This document shows, piece by piece, positions 39,426 to 51,125 of a stretch of 64,000 nt of DNA. Under the pieces are notes generated by a model. The model did no database searches, was not told the DNA's origin, and saw only the letters and a list, made by a program, of their open reading frames with translations. The number at the start of each line of letters is the position of its first letter. The stretch's first letter is position 1. The position numbers and the translations under genes are program-made. The DNA comes from Octopus vulgaris (taxonomy: Eukaryota): the NCBI GenBank assembly GCA_951406725.2, contig OX597818.1:25730001-25794000 (forward strand). Reading direction: 5' to 3'.

Positions 39426-40671
39426 CAGGGGTTGGACAAAATAATGGAAACACCTAGCTTCATAGCATCATAATTTTGAAATAGCTATAAAACTGTCAAA
39501 AGCTTGTTTATTTTTATGTTTTTTTGATTTATTATTAGTGTTGCTTAATATGTTTTGCTATATTTGCTGTTTCTTTACAGATATCATCAGAAAAAGATAA
39601 TTAAAATTCATTAAAATAACAGATCTATCAGACTTTCATAGTGATCAAATTGTTGGTGCTTGTATGGCAGGCGTTATAGAAATGAAAACAGCTGAAATGT
39701 TTGATGTATCAAGAAGTACTGTTTCAAAAGTAATAACAGCATTTGAGAAAGAGGGAAAAACCTCCTCATTCAAACAAAACTCCATAAAAAAACCAAGACT
39801 TTAAGATAGGGACCGTCGAACTCTTATGCAAATTGTTAGAAAGGATCACAAAAGTACAGCTCCCAAAATTACTGCAGAGCTTAATGACCGCCTCGAGAAC
39901 CCAGTTTCCACAAAAACTACTCGCTAGTAGCTGCACAAAGCTGGATTTCACAAGAGGGCTGCAATCAGAAAACCTCTACTTTCAAAAACAAATGTTGCAA
40001 AGCATTTAGAATGGAGTAAAAGCCTACAGAATTGGTTCCTGGAGCAATGGAAGAATGTTATTTTCTTGGACGAGTCATCCTTTACCTTATTTCCGGCCAC
40101 CAGCCAAGTATATGTGTGGAGACAGCCAAAAGAAGCATTTGACCCAGACTGCCTTCTTTCAACTGTTAAACATGGAGGAGGATCTGTGATGATCGGGGGT
40201 GGGGGAGGGGGCTATATCTTGGAAATCTACTAGCCCAATGATTACCCTTCATGGCAGAATTAATAGTCAAAACTATTTTAGTATTTTATCTGATCAATTT
40301 CATCCTATGGTTGTGGACCTGTTTCTGGATGGAAATGCAATCTTTCAGGATGATAATGCACCAATTCACACAGCTGAAGTTGTTATTGAATGGCATGAGG
40401 AACATTCTGGTGAAGTCGGACATCTTATTTGGCCACCACAGTCCCCAGATCTTAATACTATTGAAAATTTATGGTGCATTGTAGAAAAACAAGTAAGGAG
40501 TTTGATATCCTCCACGATAAACACTTCAAGAACTGGAGACTGTTTTAGCTGAAGAATGAACAAAAATTCCTTTGGAAACAATTCAAACTTTGTACAAGTC
40601 CATACCTCATAGAATTCAAAATAAATTTGTTTGAAATTTTAAAGTGTTTCCATTATTTTGTCCTATCCCTG
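39426..40671 (+). mobile_element. Tc1 (DD34E) transposon, copy 2, inverted relative to copy 1
   Basis: Same TIR, TA flanks; FQDDNAPIH and SPDLNTIENLW. Confidence 0.93.
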
Positions 40672-41506
40672 TATATATATTTACAATTGTAAATCTTGCA
40701 CTAGTAGTTGATGACAAACGAAAATAGAATAGAAGGAAAATAGAATTTAAAAAAAGTGTGGATTAAACAGATAAAAAAGGAATAAAAAGGAATAGAAATA
40801 AATAAACTTGTAGTAAAAATTGTTTGAAAATGAAAAGGGCAATACAAAAAGAAAGAAAGAATAAGCCCTGGTCTGTACAATGACAAAAAAAAAACTGGTT
40901 GTCAAAAGGATAAAAAATAAAGGATAAAAGAAAAATAGGGAAATAAGAGAAAAGTTAACAAGAGATGGTCATCCTAAATAGTGAAGGGTATCAACTTTGG
41001 GAAAGGCGTATGTGCAGAATATGAGCCATGTAATAGAAATAACAGCATACAGAAAACAAGTATAGTATTCAGTGCATTATAGAACATACATACATTTCAG
41101 CTAAATGCAGTAATAATTACATAAGAGTTGTAGAAACATTATATAATCTAACAATCCACCTTATCTGCATTTCACAGTAAATGCAGTAACAGGTGTAAAG
41201 ACTCCATATATATGCACTTTTTCTATTTTGAAAATAATCAATAACTTTGCGTGCTACACAATATGACAGGGGGCAGAAAAATGACTATAGAAGCATGAGG
41301 CTATGACTCTCTCAAACCTAGCTGTGAGCAGAAAAAAAAGAACTTAATAATAACAATGACAGTATCAATACCAAAGGGTCATTAACAGATTGCACAGGTT
41401 ACAAATCTAAGGGAAACAGCTTGTGGTTTGTTGTTGGGATAAATGTCAAAGGAACATACAAACTGCCTTCAAACAAGACAGATATAAACACACACACACA
41501 CACACA

Positions 41507-42378
41507 CAGAGGATGCAGTGAATATATTGTTGTCTAAATTATGCAAAAATGAAGATAACAAGGACATCCCATTTTAACAGATATATTTACCAAAATTACA
41601 TAGAAATATCTTGAAATACTAAAGAGTAAATTTATTTAATAAAATCGCCATTGGTTTCAACAACTGTCTTCAGACGACTTTGGAATCTCCTGCAACTCTT
41701 TTGAACTGTTTCCTTGTTTAAGTTGGTGAACGGTGTCATAATCCTTGGTGTTACAAGGAGTTTTGTTGGTCCCTTGTTGAACTGTGCCCCATGCATAATA
41801 ATCAAGGGTTTGCAGTCTGAGGAGTTAGGTGGCCAGATGTTAGGGGTGATGTGGTCACAGAAATTGCCTGACAGCCATAACTGGGTTCTCCTGCTTGTGG
41901 AGCATGATGCAGAGTACTGTTGCCAGACATAGGGTCTTCCAGCAACCACTCTCTTGACCCAGTGCAGCACTATCTCCTCCAGGCACTTGATGTAGGCCTC
42001 TGTGTTGAGTCTGAGGCCATGTGGGAAGATAAATGGAGGCACAACATAACCATTACTAGTGATCACTCCAAACACCATCATATTAACTGGATGTTTGATT
42101 TTTATCACTCTTGGTACATGTTTTGGGGACATGGCAAGCCAATGGTTGTTCTGTATGTTCACCATCAACTCGTACTGGCACTCCCAGCACGAATACCAAG
42201 CAGTACAGCATGTCATTTCCAAATTTCTGGCAGAGTGAATTGTGCCATGGTGCTGCTTTTCGCACAGGCAGAGCCCAACTGACCCTACTATAATGTGTAG
42301 TCAACAAAATCAAAAACAAACAATGCGCATGCATGAAATTATAAATATAAAATGGTGACAATTTACCCATCATACCCT
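41507..42378 (-). mobile_element. Internally deleted maT/DD37D-like transposon
   Basis: KHP..MMVFGVI, YVWQQYSA, IWPPNSSDCKPL; decayed TIRs. Confidence 0.75.
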
Positions 42379-42399
42379 ATATATATACATATATCTCTC

Positions 42400-42580
42400 T
42401 CTATCCGCTTAGTCAAAGTCGACTCTCAGTCACTCGTTGGATCAGTGTCCTCCAGTCAGTTCTATCCTGGGCCGCTTCCTTCAGATTGGCCATGTCCATT
42501 TCGGTATCACTCCTGATGGTGTCAAGCCAGCGGGTTCTTGGTCGGCCTCTTCCTCTCTTGCCACTGACCATTCCGAGCAT
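42400..42580 (-). mobile_element. 3' end of a BovB-like RTE LINE
   Basis: MLGMVSGKRGRGRPRTRWLDTI...AQDRTDWR..I..VTESR*. Confidence 0.8.
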
Positions 42581-42780
42581 ATATACATATATATATACAT
42601 ATATATGTTAGCCTTTTGGACTTTACTCATAGAGTATTGGAATATTACATATATATCATTCTGCATAAAAAATGGATTTACAACTTCAATATACATATCT
42701 TGCATCTATTTTCTTTCTTCCACCTCACTCTATTTTGTATCACATCCAAACTAACTATGACTTAATCCTCCTTTCACACC

Positions 42781-42831
42781 GTCTCCGATGAAGGGATATA
42801 ATTAATAAATATCCTGGAAACAGCCCTAAGA
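42781..42831 (+). ncRNA. Degenerate hammerhead-like motif (PLE remnant)
   Basis: GTCT-CCGATGA-AGGGATAT...ATATCCT-GGAAAC...TA-AGAC. Confidence 0.5.
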
Positions 42832-43683
42832 CCTTCTATCTATAAATGTTCTAATATCTACACAGCCTTGGTTTTTTATTTCATTATGCAAAAAATTCTC
42901 ATATATATACATATATATATGTACTTATATATGTATGTATGTATGTATGTGTGTGTGTATACATACATACATACATAACATACATACATACATACATACA
43001 TACATACATACACACACACATACATACATACATGCATGCATGCATGCATGCATACATACATACATACATACATACATACATACATACATACATACATACA
43101 TACATACATACATACATACATACATACATACATGTACTTAGTCAGTTAATAGTTAGCAGTACACTTAGTACATTCCTATAAATTTGCTCATATCAAAAAT
43201 TAGAATAGTTGAAAAACTTAGACATTAAATAGTGTTCCATGCTATTCAGTGCAACCTCTGAAATCTAAATAACTTCATGCAACTGCATCTTCTTTAAATA
43301 GTGTTGTAATTGTTATAGCTGCACGAACCTTTTAACATTCTCAGACAGTATGGAAAGACTTGAGTTTTAGAAGGTGGTAAAATTCAGCAAATTAGGTATA
43401 TTTAGTGACAGCTTTCTGTTATATAGTAGTTTTGCTGTGAAATATTTAATATGGATTTTTATTAATTTTTTTTTAATGTACACACATTTGAGAATATATA
43501 TACATATATGTATACACACAAATATTCATTATATAATTATATTTTATATTATATATATATTCATACTATATTCTTCGACACACATGTACAAACACACACA
43601 CACATACACACATATACTGTAAGTATATGTGTTTGTGTGTGCATGTGTATGTATGTTATGTATATGTATATATATATATATAT

Positions 43684-44414
43684 ATCATCATCATCATCAT
43701 CATCGTCATTTAACGTCCGCTTTCCATGCTAGCATGGGTTGGACAGTTCAACTGGGGTCTGGGGAGCCCGAAAGCTGCACCAGTCCAGTCAGATCTGGCA
43801 GTGTTTCTACAGCTGATGCCCTTCCTAACGCCAACCACTCCGAGAGTGTAGTGGGTGATTTTATGTGCCACCGACACAGGTGCCAGACGAGGCTGGCAAA
43901 CGGCCACGCTCGGATGGTGTTTTTATGTGCTACCGACACAGGTGCCAGACGAGGCTGGCAGACGGCCACGCTCGGATGGTGTTTTTATGTGCCACCGACA
44001 CAGGTGCCAGATGAGGCTGGCAAACGGCCACGATCGGATGGTGTTTGTTACGTGCCCACAGCACGGAGGCCAGTCGATGCGGTACTGGCTACGGCCACGT
44101 TCGGATGGTTTTCTTGTGTGCCACGTGCCACCGGCACTGGTACTACAAAGATACAAATTCCATTGATGTTCATCTATTTTGATTTGTTTTGATTTGATTT
44201 GATTTTCACTTGCCTCAACAGGTCTTCACAAGTGTCACAAGAAGGAAGGTATGCACAGGTGGACTGACTACGTCCCAGGTAGGGGCCACAGGTTATGGCC
44301 TGACTAGTCTTGCCGGGTCTTCGGATGGTGTTTTTATGTGCCACCGACACAGGTGCCAGATGAGGCTGGCAAACGGCCACGATCGGATGGTGTTTGTTAC
44401 GTGCCCACAGCACG
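43684..44414 (-). mobile_element. RTE 3' end with 61-bp minisatellite, in (TA)n
   Basis: (CAT)n tail at left; homologous to the 3' UTR of 35047-36630. Confidence 0.85.
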
Positions 44415-44450
<36 letters not shown>

Positions 44451-45370
44451 GTAAATATATATATTTATATCTCTATCAATTTAACAATCCATCTATCTAG
44501 CTAGCTATTTTGATGCAAATACGTATATAGATACATACATTCATACATTCATACATACATATGTATGTACGTGTGTGTGTATGTATGTTTAAATATGTGT
44601 GTGTGTGTGTGTTTGCATGTGAATGTGAGTGCAAATTTACATTCATGCAAATCTTTAAGAGAATAATAACCCACAAATTCTTTAAAACAAAAAACTAAAA
44701 TCACTGAATTATGTCAGAATAAAAGTCCTAATTTCTATCAAATAAACATACTAAAGGAGGCAATACATACATGTGAGTGTGTGTGTGTGTGTGTGTGTGT
44801 AAAAAGCATCCAGATCACCTTGTAAAGTGGTTGGCATTTGGAAGGGCAACCAGCTGGAAAAAATCATGCCAAAATTAACCTCACCTGTGCTAGCACCACA
44901 TAAAAAGCACTCGTTCCATTCTGCAGAGCAGTTGGTGTTAGATGGGGCATCCAGCAATAAAAACCCTGCCAAAACAGACACAATAACCTGGGGTAGTGTT
45001 CTACCTGGCCAGCTCTTATCAACTGTCCTACCCATGCATGGAAGATGAATGCTAAACGATGATGATGATGATGTGTATATATGTGTGCATACATAGATAT
45101 TGTCTTCATTTAATTTCTACTTTTCCATGTTTTTAAAGGTCTGACAGAATTTGTTGAGGCAGATTTTCAACAGCTTGATGGCCTTTCCGTCACCAACCCA
45201 CATCTGTTTCCAATAAGGTAATATTTCTCATGGCCAGACATGTTATCTACTGAAGACTGGAAACAAAACCACTTTGTTTGAATAAGGGTGATGCTTGCTT
45301 ATCATATGATGTCAAAACAAGGGTACACACAAACACATATACACACACACATACATAGGCACACATATAC

Positions 45371-45448
<78 letters not shown>

Positions 45449-46771
45449 CAACTGGCTTCTTTCAAATTCACTCCAGTTTTTGGTTGCTGTGAAAAGACAA
45501 TGAAATGAACTGGGCAAGGGTTAATTTAAGAGTTATGATTTTTGGCACCAAAGCACTGTTTCTGAGGATGTTGCAAGTCAACAAGTGTTTTCTGCAAAAG
45601 AGTGTATGAGAAATGTGTGTATGTGTTAGGGTTGGCATTCTTGTAGAATTTGAATGTGTGCAGTGGTACTATATGTGTAACGTTTTCGGTGGGAGAGGGG
45701 TGCCCAAAGTCTGCATAGGTATTTGTGTGTTCATTTATGTTGTTTTTGTATATGTTTTAGTTAAAACTTTGATTAAATCCTTTGGGACTTTTATGCATGC
45801 ATGGAGTTGCATGTAAGGGTACTGTATATATGTATGGGCTTACATCAGGTGGAGGTGGAAAAAGGTATTTTGAGTGGATGCTTCCGTGTTAGGGTGTGTG
45901 CATCTGTATATGTTCTGGTGAAAGTCTTTACCAGGTATTGGTAGTGGGAGGGCCGAAGTTGGGTGAATGACAGTTATAGTCACGATGGGGCATGTAGGTT
46001 TGACAGGATGTACTTCCTCTCATGTGGGCATAGTAGAACCCAAGGTGCTGAGCCCACATGAAAGGAAGTACATCCTAGTACATTATGCTGAGCCTGTAGA
46101 TTTAGCTATAAAAACTAGATCATCAGCTAATGAGAGTTCCCATGGGCAGGTGTACATGGCTTCTTCAACCATCATATGCCTTTCGTCTCTACCTGGTTTC
46201 CTTGGTGATTATCAATTTAATGATTATAGTAATCTGACAGATGCCTTGTCTAAGTCAACAAATCATGAGTTATTTTTACCTGAGTACTTCTGCAGTGGGA
46301 AGATTGCATCTGAGATACCACTTTTGGGCATGAACCAAACAGCATTTAATCTATATCTACTGTTATGGATCAATTGTGCTTTGAGTTTTCATGTCCTTCA
46401 CGACCTGGCCCAGTAGTTTGATTCCTCTATAGTAGTTTCTCTCTCTAAGCCATCATCTTTGACTTTTGGAGCAGTTTATGATGATACTGGTATGTCAGTC
46501 ACTGGGTACAACACCTTCCTGTATGACTTCATTAGCTATCCAGGTGGTAATCAAATATCCTATTGAACTAGATGTTTTGAGCATCTACAACAACCTCCGA
46601 TGAACATTAATGCACACACGTACATGTGTGCATGCATGTGCACACACGCACACATGTGCATAATGTTAGGTCAAACTATGTATAAAAATGATTTAACATT
46701 AAAATGAAGGATTATTTAATACTTTTAGTAGAATACTTGTTTTATTTAACTTTTACAAGAAAAGGGCTGAT

Positions 46772-46812
46772 AGTGACTTCAAAGTTTCAGCTTGCTGGCT
46801 TTCATCAGACTG
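46772..46812 (-). ncRNA. Minimal type-I hammerhead ribozyme motif
   Basis: AGT-CTGATGA-aAGC cagcaa GCT-GAAAC-tttgaa-GTC-ACT; canonical core. Confidence 0.6.
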
Positions 46813-46996
46813 TGCTTTACTTTGGTCCTTTTTTGGGGGTTTATATAATTTTTGGTAAGTTTCTATTGAGGTAGGTGGGGCTATGTAGAATTTATAATTA
46901 GTTGTGGTGTCAGTAGATCAGAAAAGCAGCTGAATAGGAAATATATACACCACCATGTGCACTAATAAAGATATAATGACATATATGTTGTGTGTA

Positions 46997-47226
46997 TATA
47001 TATATATTAAAAATGGGGTTGGCCAGTTTATGGGATTACTTAGGCTTCCCATCCATAAAGGGTTTAGCTTTATGGCGTATCGTCAGATCCCAAAACTTGT
47101 TGGCCTAAGACCTCTTTATGGACAGGAAACCTATGGTAATCCTATAAACCGGCCTTCCCCATTTTTAATATATACTTCTTTGTATCTTAGAGTGTCTTCT
47201 TCTTTCAGATCTATGTTTTTTACAGA

Positions 47227-47230
<4 letters not shown>
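46997..47230. mobile_element. Fold-back PLE terminal-repeat element, hammerhead at 47032-47091 (-)
   Basis: Imperfect ~60-bp inverted arms; GGGAT-CTGACGA...GAAGC..GTA-ATCCC. Confidence 0.65.
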
Positions 47231-47296
<66 letters not shown>

Positions 47297-47306
<10 letters not shown>

Positions 47307-47735
47307 AATTAGAGACAAAACCACTATTATGCAAATCAAACAAAGAAAGACTTAAGCCAATACATAAAATAATTTATATAAATTTAGAAATTTAACAATT
47401 ATAAATAACCACTACGATCGTTTCATGTCTTATTTCAGCACATCTTTGAGACATAGTTTAAAACTCGCCAAGAAGGTTTTGAAACCACCTGAAGAATGTC
47501 TCAAAGATGTGCTGAAATAAGACATGAAACGATCGTAGTGGTTATTTATAATTGTTAAATTTCTAAATTTATATAAATTATTTTATGTATTGGCTTAAGT
47601 CTTTCTTTGTTTGATTTGCATAATAGTGGTTTTGTCTCTAATTTATATAATATAATATTTTACTATAAAATTGGATTCAATCCTAAATCTGATTTTTCCC
47701 TGTAAATTTGGATTTATTCCCTAATATTTATTATA
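47297..47735 (+). mobile_element. Fold-back PLE terminal-repeat element with perfect ~158-bp arms
   Basis: 47297-47454 is the exact reverse complement of 47496-47653; (TA)n on both sides. Confidence 0.8.
47483..47543 (+). ncRNA. Type-I hammerhead ribozyme, intact core
   Basis: Stem I AACCAC/GTGGTT, CTGAAGA, stem II ATGTCT/AGACAT, GAAAC, palindromic ACGATCGT, GUA cleavage triplet. Confidence 0.8.
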
Positions 47736-47756
47736 TATATATATACATATATATAT

Positions 47757-48001
47757 CATCATCATCATCATCATCGTTTAACGTCCGTTTTCCGCGCTAG
47801 CACGGGTTGGACGGTTTCGACCGGGGTCTGGGGAGCTCGGGACTGCCCCAGGCTCCAATCTAGTCTGGCAGTGTTTCTACAGCTGGATGCCCTTCCTAAC
47901 GCCAACCACTCCGCGAGTGTAGTGGGTGTTTTTTACGTGCCACCTGCACAGGTGCCAGAGGGGTCTGGCATCGGCCACGTTCGGATGGTGCTTTTTATGT
48001 G
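47757..48001 (-). mobile_element. RTE 3' tail
   Basis: (CAT)n followed by the reverse complement of the RTE 3' UTR. Confidence 0.85.
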
Positions 48002-48277
48002 TGGGGGGGGGTGCAGAAATATAGGGGAGCACCAGTGGGGAGGGGTGGTTCAGAGAAATGATGACAGGTTCTAGGCAAGTAGAACGTAGGATATCGAGAG
48101 AGGGGTAATGCATGGTGAAATAGCGTATTGAAGAGGGGGGTTCGAAGAGTAGACACCTATAATGGTGGTGGGAGAAGCGACATCCGGTATAGATAGAGCA
48201 AAATATAGAGATATCCGGTATTGGTGGTGGGGGTGGGCAGGGCGGGTGAAGATACGAAGTTTGATTTTAGACGAATG

Positions 48278-48313
<36 letters not shown>

Positions 48314-48441
48314 GAAATTAGATAGATAGAGAAATTTGATAAATAGTTAGACAGATAGAGAAACATAAATAAATGGTAACCGAAGTGAAAATTAAGCATT
48401 CAACTTATCTGCACTCAGGACTACAGCTTGTAGATGAATGA

Positions 48442-48473
<32 letters not shown>

Positions 48474-48542
48474 ACATATGTGTATTAGAGGGGACATACT
48501 TCAAGATGGCGCGAAGATACGAAGTTTGATTTTAGACGAATG

Positions 48543-48578
<36 letters not shown>

Positions 48579-48704
48579 GAAATTAGATAGATAGAGAAAT
48601 TTGATAAATAGTTAGACAGATAGAGAAACATAAGAGGGAGTATCTGGTGTAGATGGTGAGAACAGTGTTCACCGGTATTGGTGGTGGGGGTGGGAGAACG
48701 GGCG

Positions 48705-49566
48705 CACCGCGCATTGGGAGAAGATGAGGTTTTAGGCGGCAGAAAGAAGACAGGATTGAGATGAAATGCTTTGCGGTGTGTGAATAAGTTTTTGTGAGTG
48801 AAAGTTTTTATGCTTCAGCTAGCATTTGAGACGAAAGACAACGATAACGCTATTAGATGGGGATACAATAATAATAAGGCTTGCAAAAACAATGAAAAGA
48901 GGAAACAGGTCGGGAACTTAGCTGATGTTTTTCATCCTGCGGTATTGGCTAAGCCTGTGGAAGCGAGTGAAGGTGAGATATATACCGAGAGAGAGAGAGA
49001 GAGAGAGAGAGTGAAAACAGAGGGAGAACCGACACCACATAGCGAGAGAGAGAGAGAGAGAGAGAGACATAGTGACACCGCGCATTGGGAGAAGATGAGG
49101 TTTTAGGCGGCAGAAAGAAGACAGGATTGAGATGAAATGCTTTGCGGTGTGTGAATAAGTTTTTGTGAGTGAAAGTTTTTATGCTTCAGCTAGCATTTGA
49201 GACGAAAGACAACGATAACGCTATTAGATGGGGATACAATAATAATAAGGCTTGCAAAAACAATGAAAAGAGGAAACAGGTCGGGAACTTAGCTGATGTT
49301 TTTCATCCTGCGGTATTGGCTAAGCCTGTGGAAGCGAGTGAAGGTGAGATATATACCGAGAGAGAGAGAGAGAGAGAGAGAGTGAAAACAGAGGGAGAAC
49401 CGACACCACATAGCGAGAGAGAGAGAGAGAGAGAGAGAGACATAGTGACACCGCGCATTGGGAGAAGATGAGGTTTTAGGCGGCAGAAAGAAGACAGGAT
49501 TGAGATGAAATGCTTTGCGGTGTGTGAATAAGTTTTTGTGAGTGAAAGTTTTTATGCTTCAGCTAG

Positions 49567-49568
<2 letters not shown>
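48705..49568. repeat. 371-bp tandem repeat, 2.3 essentially identical copies
   Basis: Units start at 48705, 49076 and 49449; the only difference seen is (GA)n length. Confidence 0.95.
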
Positions 49569-49627
<59 letters not shown>

Positions 49628-49817
49628 CATGTAAACATAATTATAGCTTATCTATGTATCACTCATATCTATGTAGCACTTGAATAGATATGTTAAGAAA
49701 GGCATCTAGCTGTATAAACCATGCCAAACCTGACTTTAGTGCTCAATGCAGTTCTATGGCTCCCTAGATCCTGTTAAATCATCTAACCTATATCAACATG
49801 CAAAATATAGACATTAA

Positions 49818-50022
49818 TCCTTTAATGTTTAGATTACTCTGTCAAATGTAATGCTTATTTATTCAAATTGTTTTTAAATTAATTGTGTCTCATCTCATAG
49901 CTTTAAAATTTTGATGATGTGATTGTTTATCTTTAGAATGACATTGAAGGATAGGTGTGAGAGGCTGGATCTGATCAAGGAGAATATTCAGGCCAGGTAT
50001 GGCTGGTTTAAACACTAAAGGG
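49818..50022. mobile_element. TTAA MITE family 1
   Basis: TTAA on both sides; homologous to 33-250. Confidence 0.75.
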
Positions 50023-50051
50023 TTAAATGATACCCATATGTGTGTTTGTGA

Positions 50052-50086
<35 letters not shown>

Positions 50087-50487
50087 TGTGTGTGTAAGTG
50101 TATACATATATCCATATGTATGTGTGTGTGTGTGTGTGTGTGCATATGTTTATTTTATGATTTAGTTTAGCCTTAGTGATAATAATAACCAGTTGTTAGA
50201 ACAAAATATACTCATGTTTTCAAATAAAACATTAGGCAAGTATAGAGTTTAATTCTAATTATTGAATGACAAGGAAACAGGAATTATGTAAACAACTCGA
50301 TTAGCTAACAGCTGTTTCTGCTACAAGGAGCAGTGCACTCAGAGCTTTATTTAAATGACTTTGAAGAAGCTATAAGATATTGCACAAACACTCTTTGTGC
50401 ACTGTTTCTGAAAGCAAAAAGCTGTAAGCTAATGAACTTCATTACATAATTCCAATTTCTTGGTCATTCAATAATATGTATATATCT

Positions 50488-51067
50488 GCTGGCAACAAAG
50501 AGTCACTCCCTCAGAGTGAAAGGCAGATTGTATGATGCCTGTGTGTGAACAGCTATGCTACATGGCAGTGAAACAAGGGCTATACCAGTTGAGGACATAC
50601 ATAGGCTTCAAAAAATGAAGTCAGTATGCTTCGCTGGCTGTGCAATGTCAGTGTGCATGTTCAACAGAGTGTAAGTCCCTTAAGAGACAAGTTGGAAATA
50701 AAAGGCATCAGATGTGGTGTGCAAGAGAGATGACTGTGCTGGTATGTTCATGTGATGTATATTGATGAAGACAGCTGTGTAAAGTGCCGATCTCTAACTA
50801 TGAAAGGAACCTGTGGTAGAAATAGACCTAGGAAGACATAGGACGAAGTGGTGAAGCATGGTCTTCTAACTTTGGGCCTTACAGAAGCAATGACTAGTGA
50901 TTGAGACCTTTGATGATATGCTGTGCTTGGGAAGACCTGTCAAGCCAAGTAAAATCATAGTTGTGGCAGATACTGGTATCAAGCCGATGGCATGTAAAAG
51001 CACCCATTACATTCTCAGAGTGGTTGGCGTTAGGAAGGGCATCCAGCGATAGAAACCATGTCAAATC

Positions 51068-51068
<1 letters not shown>
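50488..51068 (+). mobile_element. RTE LINE 3' fragment
   Basis: LRVKGRLYDACV..AMLHGSET. Confidence 0.85.

Positions 51069-51109
<41 letters not shown>

Positions 51110-51125
<16 letters not shown>

Noticed and set aside
45550-46600. 149-aa ORF and possible PLE remnant (similarly 27660-28930)
   Set aside because: Only faint IY.C-like traces; too decayed to call
48798-49471. Duplicated ~100-aa ORFs
   Set aside because: GTG starts, (GA)n-derived ERER runs, and they simply follow the tandem repeat
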